Origin: Lytechinus pictus
Lineage: Eukaryota
DNA length: 64,000 nt
Assembly: GCF_037042905.1 (NCBI RefSeq)
Contig: NC_087246.1
Coordinates: 59,396,001 to 59,460,000, forward strand
Direction: 5' to 3'
Positions 24,773-36,400 of this stretch are shown here, piece after piece; within the stretch, counting starts at the first letter, position 1, and every line of letters begins with the position of its first letter. A program made the position numbers and the translations under genes. The notes below the pieces were generated by a model that had not been told where the DNA came from, searched no databases, and saw only the letters and a list, made by a program, of their open reading frames with translations.

Positions 24773-25109
24773 TTGAAGAACGGTAAATGTACGGTGTATG
24801 TTTATATTATTTATAATCAGAATGGTTACTTTGCCACCTTTGTCGTTATAGTAATTAACCATGGGTCAAGCACAAAACGTTTTCTGCAATTCCAAATTCC
24901 TTCGGGAAAATCGGATGATGATTGGAGAAGGAATGAAAAGAAAGACAAACACAAGGAGAAAGGGTGGAATACTGAGGAGAGGAGAAAATGAAAGATTTTA
25001 ATTCGCCTTCTTTCTTCTTTTCATTTATTTTTTCGTCGACGGCACCAGTGCGGCGGTAGAGACTGTACCGACAACAATCGCACGCATTTTTTTTAGGGAT
25101 ATACTTATC

Positions 25110-25384
25110 CAGGGGCGGATCCAGCTTTTTATAAAGGGGGGGGGTTGGGGTGGTATGCGAGGGAGCGTAGCGACCGAGTCCAAGCGAGCGGAGCGAGCGA
25201 GGGGGGAGGGTGTGGGAGGGGCACAGTAGGGAAAATTTTTGAAAATCTGTGTGTGAAAATGGCGTTTTCTAAAATTACAAGTTTAAAAAAAAAGATAAGA
25301 TTTAAAAAAATGGTCCCCGGATTTTTTTTTGGGGGGGGGGGGGTTGCAACCCCCCCAACCCCCCCCCCTCTAGATCCGCTTCTG
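25110..25384. mobile_element. CAGGGGCGGATCC-family MITE, apparent 5-bp TSD
   Basis: CAGGGGCGGATCCAG / CTAGATCCGCTTCTG termini; TTATC on both flanks. Confidence 0.7.
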
Positions 25385-25574
25385 TTATCACATTCATTAA
25401 TTTAAATGCTGTTTAAAGTGCCCCGTTTTCATGTAATATGATATAAATACCGTGTGAGAAAAAAAATTGACACATCACAAATCCCCCACATTTCATGAAC
25501 GTAAAGTCATTATATATGGCTAGAAAAGGTATCTTCTCCCAAATAGTTTGATACCAAATTTATGGGATATTTTG

Positions 25575-27312
25575 CACTGGCGTAAATCCCGGGGGGATGG
25601 GGGGATATATCCCCCCCACTTTTCGAGGAGGGGGGGGGATGGCCTGTACAATCATCCCCCCCCCCCCACTTTTTACGAAAGAAATAAAAAAAAAATCACA
25701 AGAGATAATTGTTTTATTGGTGAAAATTCTTCCTAAAATACCGCTTAACAAATAAAACAATATTATTGAATCATAAAATGCAAATAAAGAGCCAGTTCAC
25801 CATTTCCAAACGAAATACTGATGTCCTTATTATGACATTGAAGAGAAACCCCCGTTTCTTCCAATTCATCAATGTTGGGGTCTTTGGGAAGGGATTAAGA
25901 TGGAATGTCAAATTTTTTTAAATGTAATCTCTAATAAAACCATTAAACCATCATGGGGTAAAAAGATAATAATATTGGAGGGGTATTTGCCATATGGACA
26001 TACAGTGGCGTAACTACGGGGGGGGGGGGGCATGGGAGGCACATGCTCCCCCCATCGGCTGACAAAAAAACCGGGGAAATGGGGGGAAAGAGAAAAGAGG
26101 GAGAAAGGAAAAGAAACGTAGTGGGAAAGAAGAAAGTATTATTCATTATAATGTTATATTATATTATAATTATGTTAATACATTACATAAGAAAAATTTT
26201 TATCATAACTTTATGAAACATAATTTGCCCAAGGCCTACGTCTTCATTGTTCCTGGTGCTCGCATTGTCTGTTCAACGAGATATATAATCCTGTTGTACT
26301 AAAACATCCCGCTTTCAAGTCAATATAAACCAAATATATTTCCTAGCACTTGAGTTATCATTGTTTTATGTAGTGACATAGGCCTATGCTTCTTTTACAT
26401 GACTCAAAACGTGATTGTCCCATGTTAAGGTCTTCGTATATATAAAAACATTTCCTGTCCGTGATTACGTTCGCATTAGTGGATTGGTGAGATATGTCTG
26501 CTCTTCATGAATTCCTAAAATCAGTCCTTAAAATGTCCCTTTTTCTGATCTGAATATCAAAAAATTTCAGCTCGCGCTTCGTACTCGCATCATTTGGTTA
26601 ATGAAATACGTATGGTCCAAGTTAATTCCTACAAAGAAACCTTAAAATGCCCCACTTCAGGTCTGAATTATCTAACTTATCTAAATTTTCTGCTCGCGCT
26701 TCACGCTCGCAATATTTGATTAGTGAGATGCGTATGATAATCATGATTGCAATGACTACAAAAAGTGTTTCATGTGTTCAGATGTAATTTTAATAAAATC
26801 AGCAAGCGCTTGGCACTCGCATTAGATGTCTATGGTGAGATATGCATACTCTTAATGGATTCCTAAAATATATTCCTTAAAATCTCGCTGTTTGGGGTCA
26901 AAGTATACGAAAATTTCAGCTCGCGCTTCGCGCTCGCATTGTTTAGCGAGACAGGTAACTATCATGATTACGCAAATTTGATTATAATGTCCCCTTTTAG
27001 GTGTGAATATTTAAAAAAAATCGGCTCGCGCTTCGCGCTCGCATTATTTGATCAGTGAGATACATATCCGTTCAATGACATTGTCCTTAAAATGTCTCTA
27101 TTAGGTCAGAATAACTAGCAACTGAGCGCGCTTCGCGCGCTCACTCAGTGATTCAAAAATTTTGCTGGTGCCCCCACAATGCCGTGACCCACGGTACGCC
27201 ACTGTGGACATATCAATTACAATTCCTTGCATATCTAAAAACATGATTGCAAAAAAAATGCCAAAATATTCCAGTCATCCCCCCCACCCCTCAACACGGA
27301 TTTACGCCAGTG
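25575..27312. mobile_element. hAT-like non-autonomous element (middle layer)
   Basis: Perfect 15-bp TIR CACTGGCGTAAATCC / GGATTTACGCCAGTG. Confidence 0.75.
26003..27204 (+). mobile_element. 1.2-kb non-autonomous hAT element with internal GCTCGCGCTTCGCGCTCGC repeats
   Basis: TIR CAGTGGCGTA/TACGCCACTG; exact 8-bp TSD TGGACATA at 25995-26002 and 27205-27212. Confidence 0.92.
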
Positions 27313-27896
27313 AAATATTATTTTGATGATCAGCTAGGGGGTATTCTTTGCGGTGATGTAAATTATGATTTGCGCCAAAGTAAGGCATGAATGCAATAAA
27401 TGAGCCCCGAGATGCAAATGATGTCAAAATTCTACATGAGTTAGTAAACATACTTTGCAAATCCATTTTCAATGAATTAACTTGAGAATCGATACTAAAA
27501 AAGTACAATTATAACGTAAATTACTTAAATTTTTTTAAATGGATTTTAATGCAACTCTTGTGCTTGTATAGGATTATGACATCATTGACATGTGAATTTA
27601 TTCTTTGCAGCCATGCCTTAATTACTTTGGCGCAAATCAAAATTTGCATCACAGCAAAGAATACCTCCTGGGGCCCGTAGAACATTTTTCTACGATTGAT
27701 TGCATTGACTACAATGTACAATAAATCGTAAAAAATCAAGTGTATGATTAATCGCTAACCTTTGTGTTACGGGACCCTGATCATCCAAGCGTTATCACAT
27801 ACGACATAAATATGGTATCTAATTATTTGGGAGAACATACTTTTTCAGGCCATATAGTATAATGTGTTCATGACATATTTTCCCCTTAAATTTGGG

Positions 27897-27927
<31 letters not shown>

Positions 27928-28553
27928 TATATTTCTGTTTCCATTACAAGAAATATACTTCCGATAAAATTAGGGGGCAAATTTAATAGTGTCCCCACTT
28001 TGCATGTACGGGGTGGAAGCTACAGTCCAGCCCCCCCCCCCCCCCCCGCATGTTGACGCCCATGGTATATAGTGTACTTTACTCATGACATTGTAAAGAA
28101 CAAGAACGGTATTTTTAAAAGAAACTTGTTTTCAGAAAAGCACGAGCTGGCTCACTTATTCATATAGGAAGATGGTCGAGTATTGACAAATCAACATTAA
28201 AAAAAAAAGTCTGAGCGGATAATTATATTGATTTCGGATTCATTTCTTAGAAATTTTATAATTCCGATTACAGTCACATACAGGACACGATGCAGTTTGC
28301 TGAGTTAGTGCATAATTACATTGTTTTGTTCTCTCAAGGTGGAATCTTTTTCTCTCGGTCAAGAAAAAATATCGCCACCTCTGTGTGGCACGACGAGGGG
28401 GGGGGGCATGAGGCAATGCCCCACCCCGTTGCTTTTCATTCCAACACCCCCTCCCATGCACCCTATACACGCTAAAAAAAGTTTACCCAATACTGGGTAA
28501 TTGAACATGCATGTTTGCTGGGTAAAATGATACCAAATTTTTAGTAAATTTAA

Positions 28554-28987
28554 AGGTCAAGCCCACCCTATAAAAAAGTTGATTTGATAAAATAGAGAAA
28601 AATCAAACTAGCATAACACTGAAAATTTCATCAAAATCGGATGTAAATAAAAAGTTATGACATTTTAAAGTTTCGCTAATTTTTCACAAAACAGTGATGT
28701 GCACAACTAAGTAACATGCAAATTAGACAGTCGATGATGTCCCTCACTCACAATTTCTTTTATTTTTCATTGTTTGAATTATGCAATATTTCATTTTTTA
28801 CAGATTTGAACTTGACTGAACCATAATTAAACAGAGCTTATTACACATGTTCAGGGAGGAATTAATCGTTGTTTCACTTGTCAATGAGGAAAAAATTCGA
28901 AAATTTCATTTTTCATAAAAGAAATAGTGAGTTGGATGACATCATAAGTTTCCTCATTTGCATACCGACCAGGTTGCTGTGCATAAT
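28554..28987. mobile_element. Kolobok/T2 family A MITE, truncated by a large hAT insertion
   Basis: Colinear with 21699-22160; breaks at GTGCATAAT. Confidence 0.8.
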
Positions 28988-30054
28988 CAGGGGCGGATCC
29001 AGCTCCAATAGGGGGTGGGCCCAAATTGCTTTTCATGCATTTTTCCCCGATCGGCCGCTCAAAGTTGATTTTTGTTTGTTTCTTTGAAGGGGTTGTCTCA
29101 GTGGCGCAATGAGCCTAAAAAAATGAGGGGCTTAATACGGCATATCACATAAAATTAATAAGAGTTGCGAGCAAAAATTTTGACATTTTGAATACTAAAA
29201 TCAAAGTTTGTGATAGATTTTTACATAACATTTGAAAAATGATAGGCTTATAGTCACACTTATTCCTTTTTTTTTTGGGGGGGGGGGCAAAATGCCGATG
29301 TCCTAACAGTAATTTCTTTGCTTTATTCTTATAAAACAACATTTAAAAAGTGTAATAATCTCATATGCCCTATTTGAATAGTGCGAGCGCGAAGCGCGAG
29401 CTGAATATTTTTGGAATATACTGGGCAATGTTTGTGAACCTGAACAAGATGCGTATGTAATTACATAATTACTGCGAGCGCGAGCAGAAATTTTTAATAT
29501 GGGTTAAGGCTTGATCACGCGCAAAAAGGGACCTATTAAGGACGATTTGCAGTTAGCCATTAAGACGATACATATTTCAACATTTAGATAATGCTAGCGC
29601 GAAGCGCGAGCTGATTTTTTTTGACATTCCGACCTATAAAAAATTGACATTCTTAGCACTTTTTGAAATAAACGGTATAGGTATAAAACTAAACAATTGA
29701 TGCGAGCGCGAAGCGCCAGCTAAAAGATTTGAGATTTCAGACCTAAAAATTGGACACTCTATTCATGTTTTGTAAATCATGAAAAGGAAGTTCCTACATT
29801 AATGATGAGAGCGCTCTTAGCACGTTTTGAATAAAGATCAAGCTGCGTATGTGTGCGCGTGTTTTAGAGTTAGACAGAATCTGGGCATTCTGAATACATT
29901 TCATTTTTTATCATGAAAATCAATAATGCGAGCTCGAAGCGCGAGCGGAAAATATTTGATATTCCGGTATGAAAAGAGCGAATTTAAGCACTATCTAAAG
30001 CACTGATGGAAATTGTGATGTGTATGTGAATAGCACTTAAGAAATGATGCGAGT

Positions 30055-32024
30055 CCCAGGACCAAAATCCAGTTAAAACCAATTAGAGCAAAACCAATTG
30101 AAACCAGTTGGCCAACTGGTTTCAATAGGGAAATTGGAACAACTGGTTCCAATTGAAAAACAGTTGCCAATTGGTTCCAATTGAAAACCAGTTGCCAATT
30201 GGTTCCAATTGAAAACCAGTTGCCAATTGGTTCCAGTTAAAACCAATTGGGCAACTGGAACCAGTTGGCAATTGGTTTCAATTGGTTCCAGTTGTTCCAA
30301 TTTCCCTATTAAAACCAATTGAATCCAATTGGAGGCAACTGGTTTCAATTGGTTCCAGTTGAAACCAATTGGAGGCAACTGGTTTCAACTGGAACCAGTT
30401 GAAACCAGTTGGTTTCCAACTGGATCCAATTGGAACTTCCAGTTGGAATGAACTTAATTAGTTACAAATTAATTAGCATTTGCACTATAACTATTGCTCA
30501 TGCCAACACAGAAGCAGTGTTATATGTCTATTAATATACCAATGTAAAGGGCATTGATAAAATACAGACTTTCATATGTTATATATTTATATGGAAGATC
30601 TTCAAATATATGTATTTTTGTTTGATGTAATTTGGTAACAGTTAGTGCATGGTGTACTAATTATCTTTGAATCTGTTTTAATTATATAATCTATAACATT
30701 TATGAACATGGTTTTCACTGCTAAGTATTATAAACACTTATCCTAAAAAAGTGTGGTACTTGAAATTGAAAAGAATTAAATAGATACATTGTAAATGATG
30801 ATGAATCTCATAAAACATTAATCTGTGCACACTGGCAGATAATATGCAAATTAACTGGTTTCAATTGGATCCAGTTGGGTAACTGGAAAATTTCCAATTG
30901 GAAACCAATTGGAAATCATTTCCAGTTACCCAACTGGATCGCGTTTTATTTCCAGTTTAATACCCAACTGGTTCCAGTTAGGATTTCCAGTTACCTAACT
31001 GGTTCCAGTTAGAAATCATTTCCAGTTGGAAGTCATTTCCAGTTGCCCAACTGGGTCCAGTTAGGAATTTAAGTTGCCCAACTGGTTCCAGTTAGGATTT
31101 CCAGTTACCCAACTGGTTCCAGTTAGAAATCATTTCCAGTTGGAAGTCATTTCCAGTTACCCATCTTTCCAGTTAGAAGTCATCTCCAGTTACCCAATTG
31201 GTTCCAGTTTGGACTTCCAGTTGCCCAACTGGTCCCAGTTAGGATTTCCAGTTACCCAACTGGTTCCAGTTAGAAATCATTTCCAGTTGGAAGTCATTTC
31301 CAGTTACCCAACTGGTTCCAATTAGGATCTCCAGTTGCCCAACTGGTTCCAGTTAGGATTTCCAGTTACCCAACTGGTTCCAGTTAATTAGAAATCATTT
31401 CCAGTTGGAAGTCATTTCCAGTTACCCAACTGGTTCCAGTTAGGATTTCCAGTTGCCCAACTGGTTCCAGTTAGGATTTCCAGTTACCCAACTGGTTCCA
31501 GTTAGAAATCATTTCCAGTCGGAAGTCATTTCCAGTTACCCATCTTTCCAGTTAGAAGTCATCTCCAGTTACCCAACTGGTTCCAGTTAGAAATCATTTC
31601 CAGTTGGAAGTCATTTCCAGTTACCCAACTGGTTCCAATTAGGATCTCCAGTTGCCCAACTGGTTCCAGTTAGGATTTCCAGTTACCCAACTGGTTCCAG
31701 TTAATTAGAAATCATTTCCAGTTGGAAGTCATTTCCAGTTACCCAACTGGTTCCAGTTAGGATTTCCAGTTGCCCAACTGGTTCCAGTTAGGATTTCCAG
31801 TTACCCAACTGGTTCCAGTTAGAAATCATTTCCAGTCGGAAGTCATTTCCAGTTACCCAACTGGTTCCAGTTAGGATTTCCACGGTTGCCCAACTGGTTT
31901 CAATTGGTTTTAACTGGAAATTGTTGAAGTCCAGTTAAAACCAATTGAAACCAGTTGAAACCAATTGAAACCAATTAAAACCAGTTGAAAATCCAACTGG
32001 TTTCAATTGGATTTTGGTCCTGGG
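30055..32024. mobile_element. 1970-bp CMC/EnSpm-like non-autonomous element with CCAATTGG/CCAACTGG subterminal minisatellites
   Basis: TIR CCCAGGACCAAAATCCA / TGGATTTTGGTCCTGGG; 2-bp TSD GT that splits a GCGAG-TGCGAAGCGCGAGC motif; arrays at 30070-30450 and 30850-32010. Confidence 0.88.
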
Positions 32025-32073
32025 GTGCGAAGCGCGAGCTGATATTTTTATTATTATTTTGACTTAGGACCTG

Positions 32074-32230
32074 GGGAGCGTTTCATGAAAGGACTTGTCG
32101 GACGTTTTATCCGACAAGTCCCATTTTATCCGACAGTTAACATAGTAACAGTACCTCTCAGCCAATCAACATCAGAGAAAGATGTCAGATCTGACAACTT
32201 GTCGGATGAAAATGTTGATAAAACACTCAC
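32074..32230. mobile_element. Short Harbinger-like MITE (related copies ~8033-8170, 49255-49417, 59214-59345, ~63000-63077)
   Basis: GGGAGCGTTTCAT ... ATAAAACACTCAC termini with CTG/CAG flanks; internal TTGTCGGA/TCCGACAA repeats. Confidence 0.65.
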
Positions 32231-33117
32231 CAGGACATTCTAGGCCTAAGGACATTTCGTCATCATATGAAACTGATTACTATTTTCCTCTTCCTCTTCC
32301 TATATACGCGCGATATGAAACTTGTCGATATTCCTTTCTGAAAAAGGGACAATTTAGTTATTAGTAATTCATGAAAATTTTATTATCATATATGAGCGTA
32401 ATGAGTGAGTGAAATTTGTTGACATTTGAAGCCTAAAACCTCCATATTCTAAGCACTTTTGTAATCATGAATAGGATTTATGAGTTGATATATTTTTAAC
32501 TATTATTATAAGCGCAAATTGCGAGACGAAATTATTGATAAACTGTCATAAAAGGGGGATTTTAAGTAGTTTGTTAAATAATTATTATATATAAAGAATC
32601 TTATGGAATAAACAAAGACAATATATGTAGGCCTACTTGACAAATCAAATAACGCCAGCGCACAGCGCATAAAGCTGCAAATGATGTTCACACTATAAAA
32701 CGGACATGCAGAGCACTAAAAAAAAAATCAATTTGTAAATCAAACAAAATAATAAAAGCTCCATGTCCGAGCTGAAATATGTTTTGTATATTGACTTCAA
32801 AACTTGATATTTTAAGCTACATATCAGCCTATCAGTGAGCAAGATAATCTCATCGAACAGGCTATGCGAGCGCGAAGCGCGAGCGAAAATTTAATAATGA
32901 CATGAAATAGGGCCTATATATTATGTTTTAATCATTTTCCAAGTCGGCATCCCCTGACCTTATTTTTTTTCACTCGCCGTCTCCCTCCTCTTATTTTGCT
33001 CTTCGTTTTTCCTCTAGCTTTCTTCCCTTTCTTTTCTTTTTTCCTTTCTTTCCCCCTTTTTTTTGCTCCGCCAATAGGGGGGCCCGATCTCCTCGGGCCC
33101 CCCTGGATCCGCCTATG

Positions 33118-33270
33118 CATGTAACTTTTATTTTGTCATAACTTCCTTTTATTTCCATGATCGGATCGGACCATCGGACAGTGTACGTTTCGACAGTTTT
33201 CACGTGCATGCTAGGGCGCGCGCCCAGCTTCCGCTCGCGCGTCTTCTTTACCGCTGTGTTTCCAAAATGG
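33118..33270 (+). promoter_or_regulatory. ACIN1 CpG-rich core promoter/5' UTR
   Basis: CpG-dense; E-box CACGTG at 33201, ETS-like CTTCCG at ~33228, YY1-like CAAAATGGC overlapping the ATG. Confidence 0.6.
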
Positions 33271-33410
33271 CCGAACAGAAGAGAGTTACAACGCTTCCCG
33301 ACGGCAGGTCGATTGAGCAACTTCGAGTTGTTGATCTGAAGCAAGAATTGAAGAAGTATGGCGTGTCACAAATTGGTAGCAAGAGTCAGCTCGCGGAACG
33401 TCTTAAAGCG
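33267..33410 (+). CDS. ACIN1: ACIN1 exon 1 (SAP domain)
   Basis: [28 protein letters not shown]; GCG|GTAAGA. Confidence 0.93.
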
Positions 33411-36400
33411 GTAAGAAAGTTTCGCAGAAAAGGGGCTTCTCACGTTAAAAGTCGAGGGAGATCGAAAATTACCCTCTCGCGTGGGCCATTTCCAGCGTCC
33501 CTCCCGGGCTCAGTACTCCGTGCCCATTGCCAGGGCGTCCAACTCGGGGATATGTGCCTTGGCCTTACCGAGACATGGCTGCAGCCGCAGCGGCGCTAAT
33601 GCAGTTTCGCACCGGCTGGTTTCAAGCAAATTTCCTCACCAGAAATTTATTCACAAATGTCGTGGCAAGTCTCTCAGTCACATTTGTGGTTAATTAATAA
33701 TATGCCCACCGCTTTTCCAAATATCGGGAACGCCTCCGATCTCGTCTTCTCGACGCGACGACGACGTTATTGTTTGAATTCTCAGTCAGAGTCAGACATC
33801 ATTTCGCTTGTATTTTAAGTTATCGACCAAAATTGCCTGCGTCAGGTCTTCTGTTTGTTCGCCACAAGTTCACATGATTTGGTCGATAACTTAATGTCAG
33901 TCCATATAAAATTACGGCAAAGCCAAGGCAGCGAAGGAAGTGATGTCTGTCGAGCTGTCTGACTGAGAATTCGACAAATGATGTCGAGATTGAAGCTGAA
34001 CGTGAAATACAGCTGTTCCTGATTGCGATATTCGGGAAAGCAGTGGGCAGATTGACCTTTAAAGGTGATTGAGGGACTTGCCATGATATTTTTGAACAAT
34101 TTCTGGTGGGGAAATTCGCGTGAAATCAGCAGATGATCATGATGATGCGAAATTGCATTAGCGCATCCCCAGGCCCAGCAGCATTTTGCCAACTGTCTCT
34201 GCTTTCTCGGGCTCATGCGTAACCATAAGAAGTAAACTCGAGACAGAGTTCAGTGACATGTTTAGTTGCCCAAACTGGAGCCACATTGTCGGTGTCAAAT
34301 ACTGTCAATATAAAATGGCATGAAAGTGGGTCTAAATTCCTAAAATTTAATTTAATAATCATGACATATAATTTCTGAGGTGACTCACCCAGTCACACTC
34401 AACTAAAAAATATGTCGAAACTAATACTAACTTATCATACTTATGTTTCATTCAGCCTCAATTGTATATTAAAAAAAATATTTTATCTCGGACATGTACA
34501 TTGACCTTATCTTGAATATCATTAATTTCTTGTGTGTGTCACTGTGTGTGCTTGCTGTGTACAAAGTTAATGCCAATTGGTTATTCAGCTTAGTCTCAAA
34601 ATCATCTGGCACTTGCAGGGCTCGAATTAATAAAGGGCCATTGACGGCCATGGCCGTAGATGCCTCTTTGTTTGGCCATCATGCCCCCCAAAAAAGTTAC
34701 ACTGTCACGGCCATAAAGTTACCTGCCCTTTTCCTTCTGGCCGTCATGCCCCTTTGGTCAAAGAAATGCCTCCTTTCTTTTGATTGTAATGCCCTTTTCT
34801 ATATGAAATAATGTCAGAAATGTAATTTTACCAATACCTCAGTGACAAGTGACACCATTAAATTGCAGAGGCCAGAGGAGTACATTGTGCATTGAGTAAT
34901 TCCCCAAATAGACAGAGAATAGTCCATTTATGAGTGGTGGGATTTGGAGGTTTGAGAGAAAATATCTACATGTAGTCATTTTAATATCCTTTAAAATTAA
35001 TTATGGTGATTTAAAAAAAAAAATTTTGAGGCTCTTTTCTTGAATTAATTATTAGAAAATCCCTCTAGATAATGATACCGTCTGTCTGATATTCCTCAAC
35101 ATGTACCAAACAAGTTAGATAATTTCGGCTTTGAAAGACCTGGAAAGCTCTTAATCGACATTGAAGAATTAATTCTGGGTGATTATTCAACATTTATTGC
35201 AAGGCTCCACATTAACTTTTTTTGGTGGTGGCCCATTCGGGCCACCAAAACCATCAAATAATTTTTTTTGGTGGCCCGATATTAAAGTTTGGTGGCCCGA
35301 AAAATATAAAGAAAAACGTTATAAATGAATAAAACAAACTTCTGAAATATTCATTCTGCAGCCACTACCACTAAGTTCCTTTCACTTTATACATCTTGTA
35401 AGTAAACCTTGTTTGCTGTTATTTTACTTTGCTAATTGATAATTGTTTCTATCGTTGTAAAAATGAAATGATTGAAAGTGAATAAATGAATTGTATTGTT
35501 CGCAGGTTGTGTGGACTTTTTTTTAAATCTCTGTATAGAGATAATGGTAAAGTAAATAAATAGTGCATAGCAAAGTCAGATAGATGTACAAAACAATGGT
35601 TTTTCCTTCCTTCCTCTTTGAATCCTAAAACCTAGATTATGCATGCCCCAAATCCAGTTTATTTCTTTTTTCTCTTTTGCAGCATATTATAGAAGGAGAA
35701 AATCACAGAAAAATATGCTGCAAAATTAGAACAATGCATAAAAGGGGGAAACAAACAAAAATAATTTTCAAAAAGTATATAACAAAAAGAAAACAAATAT
35801 AATAAAAGAAATTAGTGAAATAAAACAAAAGAAATGAAATGAAGAAAGAAGTAGTTATGGTCTTTACTTCAAAACACTTGCCGACTATAACTTTTACTTG
35901 CCCCGGGCAATCGGGCAAGTGCTTATGTAGCAGTCAGTAGCACCCTGCCTTTGATGTTACATTCCTTTGATCTCATCACTTCTACATTGACTCCTTTATT
36001 CATCCCATGCTTTACATTCTTCTCATGCTTCACATTCTCTCTACATAGCAAACAAATGTGCAAATTGACTTCGTTATTTTTATGCCATATTTTCATAGAA
36101 ATGTTTGAACAGTAGATTTGTATTTTTTTTTCAAACTGTAAACCATGATTGTAAAATGAGGACATTTTATTCATTTTCTAAATTTCTAGTATTCGAAACT
36201 TTTTTTTTGTTGAGAAAAAATGTTCTTAAACAAATTGATCCTTTTCTTCTAAAGTAATTGTCAAATCCAATTGTAATGGCATAATACTTTAATAGTATTT
36301 TTTGGAATCTTTTGAATATAAACAGTGATTATCAATGTTACTAAAAATTGATTGAGTATGATTTCATTATCTATAATACATCAATGAGTTTCAATCAATT

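Larger units (their letters stand above)
25412..27986. mobile_element. Outer fold-back element (probably TTAA/Kolobok-like) hosting two nested hAT elements
   Basis: 25510-25565 is an imperfect reverse complement of 27805-27856; outer limits are approximate. Confidence 0.55.
28988..33117 (-). mobile_element. Large non-autonomous hAT-like element with periodic TGCGAGCGCGAAGCGCGAGC motifs, containing further insertions
   Basis: Termini CAGGGGCGGATCCAG / CTGGATCCGCCTATG; same architecture as 26003-27204 in the opposite orientation; TSD only degenerate. Confidence 0.65.

Noticed and set aside
29382-30054. CRISPR-like look: palindromic ~20-bp repeats with spacers
   Set aside because: Eukaryotic context, no cas genes, spacers ~100 bp and weakly related to each other, all inside TIR-bounded elements.
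30073-31325. NWFQL-repeat ORFs
   Set aside because: Translations of the CCAATTGG minisatellite within a TIR element.
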